IMG/VR virus record: IMGVR_UViG_3300032093_012241
Location: 1 to 56,465 of that record
DNA length: 56,465 bases
Source: a virus
Taxonomy: Duplodnaviria > Caudoviricetes
Reading direction: 5' to 3' (one strand)
Shown here: one piece after another, positions 36,895 to 46,826 of the stretch
Position numbering within the stretch: position 1 is the first letter of the stretch
Layout of the letters: every line of letters starts with the position of its first letter
Notes under the pieces: generated by a model
Database searches by the model: none
Told to the model about the DNA's origin: nothing
Seen by the model: only the letters and a program-made list of their open reading frames with translations
Program-made: the position numbers and the translations under genes

Positions 36895-39113
36895 CTAACA
36901 CAATTTATATCATATACTATTTTTAACTGAGTTGTTACATTTTGATTTGCTAAACCATAATCAACCTCATCACAATCTGTATTGAGTGTAATTGTATTAT
37001 TTTGGTCATCAACTATAACGTCGCCAATTCCTGTTGTACCGCTTAATAATGCTGTTATAGTATTTGTCCAAGCTGAAAGATTAGGATAACTACTTAACGT
37101 TGTTGCTGTAAAAAAAGATTGACTGTAACCTGTTCCAGCAACATTTGTAACTGCTGAAAATATAGCACTTGTCAATAAACAATCTGTACATCCTGATGTT
37201 AAGTCTAAATATCCTTCAATTAACATTTTTTCCATTGTTCTTTCAGTTAAATTACCTGTTGATGAAATAACTGAGTCACATATATTAAAAAGCACTGTAT
37301 CACTTTGATTGTATGTTCCACCTAAAGTAATTAATCTTTCAGTTATACATCCCGCTGCATCTTGTACAATTAAAGAATAGGTTCCCGCCGATAAATTTTG
37401 TACAGTAGTTCCCGTTTGTCCATTTACGTTAGGTGACCACGTTAATGTAAAAGGCGGAGTACCATTTACTATATTTGCAAATATTTGGCCATTTGATCCG
37501 TTTGTTGAATTGGTAGGATAAAGGTAAAAATCAACCGATGGACTTTGGTTTACAGTAAAGTATATGTTTTGTTCACACAATGCCTGGTCTTCAACAGTAC
37601 CTATATAGGACCCTGCCGCTAAATTATTAAACGTATATGAAGAGGTTCCTGTATTTGTAGCAACTTGATTATTATTCCCATTAATATCTATGATAGAAAA
37701 TGTATATAGTCCTGTCTGACCTGTTGAAGCGGTTATTAAAACTGAACCATTATTTTCATTACAAGACGTGCCAGTAACCGAATAACTTACTGTGAATGGA
37801 GATTGTGATGTTAAGGTATATAGTCTAGAGAAAGTACATACACCATCACTTATTGTTAATAAATAATTATTAGGGGGTAATCCTGTAAAGATATTACTAG
37901 TAGTTGAGATATTCTCTGTCGTTATTGTAGAAGATGATAATGTATATGTATAAGACTTACTTTGATCTCCTATTAGGCTAATTGAAATTTGTCCGTTTGA
38001 ATTACCACATTTAGGATTTGTTATATTAACTGATCCTATTGAAAAACTATTTGGTTGATTAAGTTGTACCGTTGTTGTGTCTTGACACAATGCCGAATCA
38101 GTAACTATTATTTCGTAATTTCCACCTGGTAATCCTGAAAAAGTATATGTTTGTGAATAAGATATATCAATAAAAGACCTTGAGGGTATATAATATCTAT
38201 AAGGAGGTGTTCCGTTACTTACAATTATCGTGATTTGACCGTTTTCATCAAAACAAGTTGGTGGGGTCGGTTCGACCACATTTATCACAACAGGCGGTAT
38301 TTCGTCAATTGACGCCGACTGTGTTAACTCACACCCTTGTGAGTCGGTTACTGTTACACTATAAAGTCCAGATGTAAGACCTGTAATAGACGTACCGCTA
38401 GTTATTTGTCCTGTACCGATTAAATAATTTGAATTAACTTGAGTCCACTGATATGTATAAGGTGCTACACCTGTAAGACCTGTAATATATATTTTTCCAA
38501 CACCTGACGCAACATTACCACAATCTGCATCATTAACAACATAAAGACCATAATTAATAGATGTTGAACTTAAAACAATAGCAGTTTCACTATTTCCAGT
38601 ACATCCACCACCATTATCGGTATTTACATAATAAATACCAGGTTCTAAATTGTTAAAAACATAAAATGTGGTATTAGTAAATGCGGTTTCTATTGGTATT
38701 CCATCTTTATATAAAACTATAGTTGCTGTATTATTAATATTCTGAGTAGTGGCCGTTAATATTCCATTATTTAATCCGCAAGTTGTAGAAACAACCCCAT
38801 CAATATTGACACATGAACTACCTGAAGATACTGTTATATTTATAGTTTCTCTATTGTTCTCAGGAGAACAACTATCATTTATCTCAAAAACATAAGTCCC
38901 TGCTAATAAGTTAGAATATGTTATAGACCCATTAAGAATATTTGGTTCTACTGGTGGACCACCACCTAAATTAGGAGACCAAGGATTTGGTTCGTACCAA
39001 GTAATACTCATAGGTTCTGCTGAAGTTTCTAAAAAAAGCGTAAAACCTCCAGAACCGTTATTCTCACAGTCACCTGTTACTGTAAATTGTGTAAAATTAT
39101 ATATACAAGCCAT
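36882..39113 (-). CDS. SprB-repeat protein (putative tail fibre/adhesin)
   Basis: About seven C...NG.I....G..PY.Y....(G/N)L.(A/P)G.Y.V.V.D..C repeats. Confidence 0.75.
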   Translation of the reverse strand: MACIYNFTQFTVTGDCENNGSGGFTLFLETSAEPMSITWYEPNPWSPNLGGGPPVEPNILNGSITYSNLLAGTYVFEINDSCSPENNRETINITVSSGSSCVNIDGVVSTTCGLNNGILTATTQNINNTATIVLYKDGIPIETAFTNTTFYVFNNLEPGIYYVNTDNGGGCTGNSETAIVLSSTSINYGLYVVNDADCGNVASGVGKIYITGLTGVAPYTYQWTQVNSNYLIGTGQITSGTSITGLTSGLYSVTVTDSQGCELTQSASIDEIPPVVINVVEPTPPTCFDENGQITIIVSNGTPPYRYYIPSRSFIDISYSQTYTFSGLPGGNYEIIVTDSALCQDTTTVQLNQPNSFSIGSVNITNPKCGNSNGQISISLIGDQSKSYTYTLSSSTITTENISTTSNIFTGLPPNNYLLTISDGVCTFSRLYTLTSQSPFTVSYSVTGTSCNENNGSVLITASTGQTGLYTFSIIDINGNNNQVATNTGTSSYTFNNLAAGSYIGTVEDQALCEQNIYFTVNQSPSVDFYLYPTNSTNGSNGQIFANIVNGTPPFTLTWSPNVNGQTGTTVQNLSAGTYSLIVQDAAGCITERLITLGGTYNQSDTVLFNICDSVISSTGNLTERTMEKMLIEGYLDLTSGCTDCLLTSAIFSAVTNVAGTGYSQSFFTATTLSSYPNLSAWTNTITALLSGTTGIGDVIVDDQNNTITLNTDCDEVDYGLANQNVTTQLKIVYDINCVSCPP

Positions 39114-39118
39114 TTATT

Positions 39119-42100
39119 TTAATCTAAAATACCAGCATTTACCGAAATGCAACTTAATGTGAAATTAATACCAACGTTTATTTTAAACTCTGAATTTAAA
39201 TTTAATCCATCACAAGTAACAGTAAATATAGTTACTTCATTTTCAGATACTATATAATCTAAACCATAATTTATTAATGTATCTAACTGAGTTTGAAGTG
39301 CTGTTAACCACTGAATTTGAGTTGGGAAACTTATTCCTTCTAAAGACAATCCGGCCCCATCAAAGAATTTATAATTAATAATTGTTGATCCGCCCAAACT
39401 TATATTTACATACCATTGAGTAACTAAAGTATTAGGGTTACAATTTGGATTTTGTATAGAATTACTAACAACTTGACTTAATATTCCGCCAAAATTACTA
39501 CCCAAAGATGGGTTAGAAATCCAAGGATATAAATCACATGTTGTAGAAGCTTCAGTACAATCATTTAAAATAATAGGACCTGTTAATGTACAAGGAACGC
39601 AAGGAACAGGTATTAATTGACAACCACGCTGCCTTCTCCAAACAAACTTTTGTCTATGAAATATAGAATTTTCAAATCTAACACCTGTATTCCAAATTGT
39701 AGTTGCTGGAACCATTTGCTCAACCAATCTAATCCAATAATCTCCCAGCCCTTGTACATAATCTATCATTTTTTGATAAGTTACAACAGCATCTGGCAAT
39801 CCTGATATGGTGTTTGATTGGAGATATTTCCAAAAAATAGATGATAGACTAGGATATCCCCCTGTTTTTCCATCTGTAATAAACTGTCTATCTCTAACGT
39901 TTATCATATTTTGCCAGAAGGTCTGCGCAAACTCAAAGAAAGTTTTATCCGAAGGATTTGGATCAAAAAGTGTTTTATCTAAAATCGTTGGATTAAGGTA
40001 AGTTGGGCAGTAACAATTTCCTCCTACCGTATATCCTGTTGATGGTATTGGATAATTAAAGTTTGATGACAAATACCAAACCTCGTAGGCAAATACTTGG
40101 CCTGGATTTAAATACAAATCAACATTTTTTACATTTAATATAAGTTTTTCATTATCAACAAAATAAAAAGAATTATTTCCATCAGAATTTCTTCTTAATC
40201 CCGTTTGATTATCAACCCAACTTTTTTTATTATCCTGAGTTTTTGTAAGCGAAAACCCTAAATCCGTATATGGAAAATCTCTAAACCTATCTAAATATTT
40301 TTGACCATAAGTGAATCCTTCCAAATATGTTTGATAATTCGGATTTTGGCCTGTAAATGAACTTGTTGTTGGATTAAAAAGTTCGTTCGCCCTATGTTGT
40401 GGCGTTTGTTCAAACCAACCAGCTCCCATTTGAAAAAAGAAATCGTCAGTATCTTCAGGGGCTTTTGGATAACCTTGGTCGTCAACAGGAAAATCGTCTC
40501 TTCCTAAACTTACATCCTCAGTTATTGTTTGAATTGTAAAACCTGTAAATTGCCTTCCAAATATTTTAAAAGTATTTCCTGGTTCTAAAACGGGCAATTC
40601 TGTTGCAAATGTTCCACCTGAGATAAAAGAAAATTCATCATTAAATTGATTCATATTAATTCTTTGATCTGCGATGTAGATATGTTCATTAAAATCCACT
40701 AACGCATCAGGCGCCCCAATTAATCTTAGCAGGTTTTGAATTGATGATCTTGTCCCTTTTGATTTGAAAAGATATGCCGAATTTAAAATTAAATTTCTAT
40801 AATATTGGTAACTTAACTCATCAGGTGTTGATGAAATTGGTTGACCAGGAAATTGGCTCGGTGTGTTATTATTAAACAAAGTATCCAAAAGACCTTCATT
40901 TGTGATCGGAGATATATTTTGTGTCCAACCTAATGTTTGAGATAAGTTTTTTAATAACTGAGAAGGTATATCATTTTTAACCGTATAATTTACAGAATTC
41001 ATATAGGCCAATGCTTCAATAAATTTTTTAACTTGGTCAAAACTTCTTCCGTATATTTCAAGTAACTTCGTAATTTTTTGATCATCTGTATCAAAATCTT
41101 TAAAAGCACCTGTTGTCAAAAATCTTACAATAAGCCTTGTTCTAAATTCATCAAAACTAGCAGAGATATCATTTAATTTTGTTAGGTAACTTGTAAACCT
41201 TGATGTTATAATATCTAAATTCCAATTACCAAAGAAAGGCCATGTTACATAATCTTTTGTTATATATGCAGTTCCATCATCAGCTTCTCTTACTACGGTA
41301 AATTCTGCGGTATATTGTGGATTTGTTTTTCTATTTAATAAAAACTTTTCTACCTCGTCAAAATCTTGAGTAAATATAGTTTCAGTTGTAACCGGATTTG
41401 GTCTGATAACCAAATAATCATTTGTTGATGACAAGCCAGAAAATGGATTTCCTTTAACAGTAATTCTTAAAATACCATTTGTCAAACTTGTAGTTGGTGT
41501 GATAAACACCAAAGGATAATTTTGATCATTAAGATATAAACTATATTTGGATAAATTTGTCACCATATCCCTAATTGGTGACACTTCTATTTCTGATAAT
41601 TTTAAATTTCTTGCAGCATTTATTGTAAAATCAATATTAAATGGGTTTTGAATATTTGCGGCGTCTAGTTCAAAGTAAGTTTCGTTATTTTGAGAGTTAT
41701 ATACAATATTTGTAGCGGTTGATGCGGTTGTATAATTCGCACCATAAAAAGAAACTTCTAATGCCGCAGGAAAATAATTAATTATCTTAGTTATTGAAAC
41801 TGACATTCGTTTAACTAATGAACCGTACTGCGAAAAAGTGGTTACATTACTTAAATCAAAATTAGGATAGACCTTGAAATTTTTCTCTACGATTGCTTTT
41901 GATTCCTCAACTGATTTTATACCTAAAGTATCTAATGTTATAGGATCTGAAAATGTACCAATAATAAATTCCCTATTTGACTTTTCGCTTACAGAAGTTG
42001 TAAATTCGAAATTACCTTGAGTCAAACCTCCTCCATTAACAACTTGAAAACCTACCAAATTGTCTGAAAATGTGTTATCCGCAGTTGCTTGTTGTGGAGG

Positions 42101-42121
42101 ACAGGTATATTTTTTAGCCAT
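39119..42121 (-). CDS. Baseplate/tail structural protein (P2 gpI-like motif)
   Basis: LLKNLSQTLGW and YLFKSKGTRSSIQNLLRLIG pattern. Confidence 0.65.
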   Translation of the reverse strand: MAKKYTCPPQQATADNTFSDNLVGFQVVNGGGLTQGNFEFTTSVSEKSNREFIIGTFSDPITLDTLGIKSVEESKAIVEKNFKVYPNFDLSNVTTFSQYGSLVKRMSVSITKIINYFPAALEVSFYGANYTTASTATNIVYNSQNNETYFELDAANIQNPFNIDFTINAARNLKLSEIEVSPIRDMVTNLSKYSLYLNDQNYPLVFITPTTSLTNGILRITVKGNPFSGLSSTNDYLVIRPNPVTTETIFTQDFDEVEKFLLNRKTNPQYTAEFTVVREADDGTAYITKDYVTWPFFGNWNLDIITSRFTSYLTKLNDISASFDEFRTRLIVRFLTTGAFKDFDTDDQKITKLLEIYGRSFDQVKKFIEALAYMNSVNYTVKNDIPSQLLKNLSQTLGWTQNISPITNEGLLDTLFNNNTPSQFPGQPISSTPDELSYQYYRNLILNSAYLFKSKGTRSSIQNLLRLIGAPDALVDFNEHIYIADQRINMNQFNDEFSFISGGTFATELPVLEPGNTFKIFGRQFTGFTIQTITEDVSLGRDDFPVDDQGYPKAPEDTDDFFFQMGAGWFEQTPQHRANELFNPTTSSFTGQNPNYQTYLEGFTYGQKYLDRFRDFPYTDLGFSLTKTQDNKKSWVDNQTGLRRNSDGNNSFYFVDNEKLILNVKNVDLYLNPGQVFAYEVWYLSSNFNYPIPSTGYTVGGNCYCPTYLNPTILDKTLFDPNPSDKTFFEFAQTFWQNMINVRDRQFITDGKTGGYPSLSSIFWKYLQSNTISGLPDAVVTYQKMIDYVQGLGDYWIRLVEQMVPATTIWNTGVRFENSIFHRQKFVWRRQRGCQLIPVPCVPCTLTGPIILNDCTEASTTCDLYPWISNPSLGSNFGGILSQVVSNSIQNPNCNPNTLVTQWYVNISLGGSTIINYKFFDGAGLSLEGISFPTQIQWLTALQTQLDTLINYGLDYIVSENEVTIFTVTCDGLNLNSEFKINVGINFTLSCISVNAGILD

Positions 42122-43029
42122 TATTGAGTAATATTTGTAAAGTTTTTACTATAGTCTATATTATTACCTCTATCTTGTCTAACCTCATATAGAAGCTCGT
42201 TGAAATCATTTCTAATCTCATAAAGGTTATATTGTCTGTAAATATTATTATCTTTGTCGTAGATAGTGTAAATTCCATCATCCATAGATTTTGTTTGGTT
42301 CCCGTAAAGAGCTAATGAAAGGGTTGAGAAATCATCTTCAACAATTTCTACCTCTAAGGTAATTGGATTAAAATATGTATTTGTTATAATAACATTTTGA
42401 TTTGGCTGACCTATAAATGGTGTTGCGTTTGGTTTGTTTGTTGGAGATGATGAAGGTGTTAATGTACAAAAAATCAAATTGGTTGGGCTATCGACATATC
42501 TATACCTGATCGCCTTTTGGGAACTGTTTGTTAAATTCTCCGTTACTGGTTCGCAGAAAAACGATGAAGTAATAATCCTAAAAAAGTTTGGTATTTTGGA
42601 TCCATCATCGTTTAGATATTCTACTCTAAAACCCACAAGACCTTGTGCAACAAACTTATTTCTAAATTGAGACGGTATTTGTTCTAAGTTAAAAATAAGT
42701 CCTCTAACATTTGGAAATGCAGATAAAACACCGCAATCATTTATGTTAGTTCTTATTTGTGCGGGTCTAATATAAACTGTATATATGCCTAATGCGTTAA
42801 ATTGATTTGCCGGTAATTTCAAATTATATAAACCACCTAATATTTCAATATCAGGGTTTCCTCCTGTTTCCGTATTATTAAAATATGGCGTTAATACTTC
42901 TTGCGAATTTAAAGTTGTTAATGTGAAATTTGCGGTGTCATCTCTAGTTGGTGTATAATTTACTATAATTTCAACATCAACTGGCGAAACGTCCGCCGGT
43001 CTTATTGTTCCATAACTTCCTGTTGCCAT
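42121..43029 (-). CDS. Putative structural protein
   Basis: 302 aa in the baseplate block; TATTTAT box upstream. Confidence 0.7.
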   Translation of the reverse strand: MATGSYGTIRPADVSPVDVEIIVNYTPTRDDTANFTLTTLNSQEVLTPYFNNTETGGNPDIEILGGLYNLKLPANQFNALGIYTVYIRPAQIRTNINDCGVLSAFPNVRGLIFNLEQIPSQFRNKFVAQGLVGFRVEYLNDDGSKIPNFFRIITSSFFCEPVTENLTNSSQKAIRYRYVDSPTNLIFCTLTPSSSPTNKPNATPFIGQPNQNVIITNTYFNPITLEVEIVEDDFSTLSLALYGNQTKSMDDGIYTIYDKDNNIYRQYNLYEIRNDFNELLYEVRQDRGNNIDYSKNFTNITQ

Positions 43030-43042
43030 AGTTTTTTTTAAT

Positions 43043-43049
43043 ATAAATA
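43043..43049 (-). promoter_or_regulatory. TATTTAT box
   Basis: 13 nt upstream of the ATG at 43029. Confidence 0.6.
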
Positions 43050-43056
43050 GTTAATT

Positions 43057-44247
43057 TTATGTTTTTACCACGTTAAAAAATTTATAACCATACGACGATA
43101 AACCTCCAATTGTTGACACCTCGTTTAATCTTCTAACTTTTTCAAATGCGGAAACTTTACCTCTCTCTATATAAACATTAGAGAAAATTTGAGGCTCACT
43201 TATAACATTCATAAGTGTCTCCTCCTTAGTTAATCCACTTGATACTAACCATTCTGAGGTAAAACCTGATGACTTTGTAACAAATACTGTGGTTCCATCG
43301 TTAAAATCATAATAATCCACACCATTTATATTGTATGAAACAGATAATCCATTATTTGATGATCCATAAAAAGTTCCAATAGTACCACTTGTTCCTGTTA
43401 TTTGTTGATTCAATTTATAAGAATATCCATTTATTGTTGTGGTTCCCTTATATACTGATAAATCAGTTAAACTTGATTTTGTAAAGCCTGTAACCAAAAA
43501 TGGTGTTGTAGTGTAGTTTGAACTAAAATGATCGGCTAAATCAGTATTTGAATCTCCCGAAAAAATATAATCGTATGATATTGGTATTCCTGACCAACTA
43601 CCACCTTGAGCAATAAAATAAGCGGTCCCATTTGGATTTGGTATTGTTGTTCCTGTAAACGGAATTGATACTTGCTTTTCTATTATTGTTAACCCGAAAT
43701 TTGATAAACCTGATAAAGTAATTTTATAGTTTTTAGTAACTAACGGATATTGGTGTGATATATTATTTGGTGCAAAATTGGTTACTTGCTGAATTGGCGT
43801 TCCGTCACCCCAATTAACATAAAATGTAGAATTAGATAAAAACTTTTTATATTGTGTATCCGATGTGTTATATAAATAAATTGTGGATGAATTAAGACCA
43901 GTAACTGCAGAAAATACAAAATTTGTAATTACATCTTTTTGCAGTATTGCTCCGTCAAAAACAGAATAGTATCCGATATCAACCGTATTTTGAGTAATTA
44001 AAATTGGAATTGTTAATCCTGTCATTAAAGATGTTCCATTTGTTGATCCTGTAACAATCTGAGACATACTTAATCTAATTTTGGTCGATCCTGTTACATA
44101 ATTTATAGATTCGGTAAATGATGTAAAATCACAGCACTCCTTATCTAATGTTAATGTAATACCTGTTGAAGCGGTATATATCACATTATTAACATAGCTT
44201 TTAATTGAGCTAGGTGATATTTTAATATAATATTTTTGATCTTCCAT
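43057..44247 (-). CDS. Putative structural protein with PKD-like domain
   Basis: YVNWGDGT...ISHQY..Y.ITL motif. Confidence 0.7.
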   Translation of the reverse strand: MEDQKYYIKISPSSIKSYVNNVIYTASTGITLTLDKECCDFTSFTESINYVTGSTKIRLSMSQIVTGSTNGTSLMTGLTIPILITQNTVDIGYYSVFDGAILQKDVITNFVFSAVTGLNSSTIYLYNTSDTQYKKFLSNSTFYVNWGDGTPIQQVTNFAPNNISHQYPLVTKNYKITLSGLSNFGLTIIEKQVSIPFTGTTIPNPNGTAYFIAQGGSWSGIPISYDYIFSGDSNTDLADHFSSNYTTTPFLVTGFTKSSLTDLSVYKGTTTINGYSYKLNQQITGTSGTIGTFYGSSNNGLSVSYNINGVDYYDFNDGTTVFVTKSSGFTSEWLVSSGLTKEETLMNVISEPQIFSNVYIERGKVSAFEKVRRLNEVSTIGGLSSYGYKFFNVVKT

Positions 44248-45066
44248 TTAACTTGGATTTATATATTCATACCAGTTTATGGGGTTTGATTCACTTCCAA
44301 CGCGAATGTCAGTACCTGTTTTATAATCAAAAAATTGATAAGTGAAATCAGAATAATCCAACTTTATTTTATAATAAAAATATATTTCATCTTTAAAATT
44401 GAATTTTGAAAATGTTATCTTTGGATCGGCCTGATTTGTATTTATCATTCTAACAAATTGACCTGTTGACCCATTAAAAAATTTTGCAGAGACATAAAAT
44501 GTATCAAGATTATAGAATTCCTTTGATTTTAACCAATAAATAAAATAACCCTCTTTTTGCTTTACATAATCCAATTTATATTTTGGAATACTAATATTAA
44601 CTTGTGGTAAAAAAGTAGATATTAATTTTAGTTCATCTTGGCTTTGATTTGCCGGTAAAATTATTGTAAAATAGTTTTTTTGTGTTTTTTTTTGATTTGT
44701 GTCGTAAAAATCAATTTTAAAAAAAGATTTCAAAAAAGGTTTTGTTGTATAATAAATTTCTTGATTTGTAAAACCTTGTGAATTATATGTTAAACTCCAA
44801 TCTGAGGTAATTGATGAAGTAACGCTAGCACCTGTAAAAAAATAAAAATTATGATTTAAAGTAGTATCAAAAGAATTGACATATTGTTTATTTTGAAATC
44901 TTGCAAGTTCAAAATCTTTTGGAACTCCTATCGCTTTTTCTACGGTATCTTCTTGAAATTTTTGAAGGTCCTGCTCTTGTCCAAATGAATCCCATTTTAT
45001 TTCAATTGGGATATCAATTTGTTTATCTATAGAGGCTCTTATTATTTTATATTTATTCACACTCAT
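44248..45066 (-). CDS. Putative structural protein
   Basis: 272 aa, coupled within the operon. Confidence 0.65.
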   Translation of the reverse strand: MSVNKYKIIRASIDKQIDIPIEIKWDSFGQEQDLQKFQEDTVEKAIGVPKDFELARFQNKQYVNSFDTTLNHNFYFFTGASVTSSITSDWSLTYNSQGFTNQEIYYTTKPFLKSFFKIDFYDTNQKKTQKNYFTIILPANQSQDELKLISTFLPQVNISIPKYKLDYVKQKEGYFIYWLKSKEFYNLDTFYVSAKFFNGSTGQFVRMINTNQADPKITFSKFNFKDEIYFYYKIKLDYSDFTYQFFDYKTGTDIRVGSESNPINWYEYINPS

Positions 45067-46825
45067 CAGTTGTCGGTAATGGAACTACGTTTAGTGGTAT
45101 TGATGTTGATCCCTCCGGTATTAATCTAAATATCAAGTTTCTAAATGGATAATGAACACCGTTCAAAAATGGATAATCAACCCCAACACCATCATTATCT
45201 ATAAACCCATAAGGATATATATCTCTCCAAATAAAATTTTGACTTAATTGGTCATACACCGCCCAATCAGGAATGTTTGTTACACTTGCAGCGTCGCCTT
45301 CTTCAATATAAGATGAAAAACTTTTTAAAGTTATCGGGTGATGAACTTGGTAATAATATCCAAATGGATTTGTTGCATCAGATTGCCCTATTATATTGAT
45401 ATCAAAAACATTATCATTAAATGTAAATTTGTGATATATGTTTGAAATTACTCTCTCTTGATATTCTGAATCATTCCATTCGCAGAAATCACCATCTATT
45501 TCATCTCCTTTTACTAATGGCTTGTTATAATAAAAATTAATAGGTGGTTTTGCAGGTGGTCCAGGTTTTGAATAAGATAAAGTAGAAATACCTGCAGTAG
45601 AAAAAGGATTTACCCACCAACTATTTGGTTTTCCTGTTGATAATGTTGGTAAATTAAAATCAAAACCTTGTCTTAAAGGAAATCCATTACCACCAGGTTT
45701 AGATGTCCAACCGAAAATTCCAACCCATTGAAATGTAAAAAATAACTCGGAAATTGGTCTTTTTTGATTATCTATTAAATTTTGTAAATCAACATCGTTT
45801 GCAAAAGACAAATTATATGTTTGACTACCTTCTTTAACGGAAACTCTTGAAATGTTGTTTGGTGTTAATGCCGAAGGTTCATATTGTTTAGTCAATTTGA
45901 ATGAATTGAGTTCGAATCCCGCATTTGTTAAAATTGATTCACTTTGATTTGTTAAAATTTTATGTCTTCTAACATAATATTCTGACCTTGTTGATATTGG
46001 ATTATTGTCATTTAAAACCCTTTTTAAAGTTCCTTGTTTTCCGGTTGCAAATGTGTTACCAGTGTATCCTATATTTGTTATGCTGAAAACATAAAGTTCG
46101 GAATTATAAGTTCCATCTCCTAAATCTGATACTTGAAATAGATTTTGTCCATTATAATTAAAAGAAAGTTCAACAAATTCTCCAACACTTAGTCCGTGTT
46201 TACAAACCGACCTAAATGTTATATAATTTTGACCATTAGAAATTGAATTATCAATAACAAAGGGTATTCCTTGAAATGCATTCCAATTAAATGTTATGTT
46301 CTTTTTGGTGTCAATTGCTGACATTAATTTATCAACATTTTTATAACCATAACTTAGAAAAAAGTTCCAATTATATGAACTAGCACTTGTGCTTACAAAG
46401 TTTATATGTCCATTTGTATTTGGTTTTGTATATCCCACAACATCATTATCAGTCCTACTCAAATCAAACTCATTGTATAATGGATAACCTGACCAATAAA
46501 CATTTGGATTACCATTAGCGCAAAACTGACGACTACTTTCTATCGCATTTACATAATATAAGTTTTCATAGAATGGTCTATAATTTGTTTCACCCACATA
46601 TGTGTTTTTAAATAAAAATGTAATTTTAGTTAGCGGTCTAAATTTTTTTGATTTTTCTCTTTCTTGATTATAAACATCTATCAAATCAATATTTTGACTT
46701 CTATCGTATTCAGTAATGTTTTTTACATTTTGGTTAAAAGGTACTGTAATCTGCGAACCTAATTGCGGTGCAGACTTAAACTTTAAAGTACTTAAAACTA
46801 TTTTTGTTGTATCATTTACTCCCAT
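45053..46825 (-). CDS. Putative structural protein
   Basis: 590 aa, coupled within the operon. Confidence 0.65.
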   Translation of the reverse strand: MGVNDTTKIVLSTLKFKSAPQLGSQITVPFNQNVKNITEYDRSQNIDLIDVYNQEREKSKKFRPLTKITFLFKNTYVGETNYRPFYENLYYVNAIESSRQFCANGNPNVYWSGYPLYNEFDLSRTDNDVVGYTKPNTNGHINFVSTSASSYNWNFFLSYGYKNVDKLMSAIDTKKNITFNWNAFQGIPFVIDNSISNGQNYITFRSVCKHGLSVGEFVELSFNYNGQNLFQVSDLGDGTYNSELYVFSITNIGYTGNTFATGKQGTLKRVLNDNNPISTRSEYYVRRHKILTNQSESILTNAGFELNSFKLTKQYEPSALTPNNISRVSVKEGSQTYNLSFANDVDLQNLIDNQKRPISELFFTFQWVGIFGWTSKPGGNGFPLRQGFDFNLPTLSTGKPNSWWVNPFSTAGISTLSYSKPGPPAKPPINFYYNKPLVKGDEIDGDFCEWNDSEYQERVISNIYHKFTFNDNVFDINIIGQSDATNPFGYYYQVHHPITLKSFSSYIEEGDAASVTNIPDWAVYDQLSQNFIWRDIYPYGFIDNDGVGVDYPFLNGVHYPFRNLIFRLIPEGSTSIPLNVVPLPTTDECE

Positions 46826-46826
46826 A

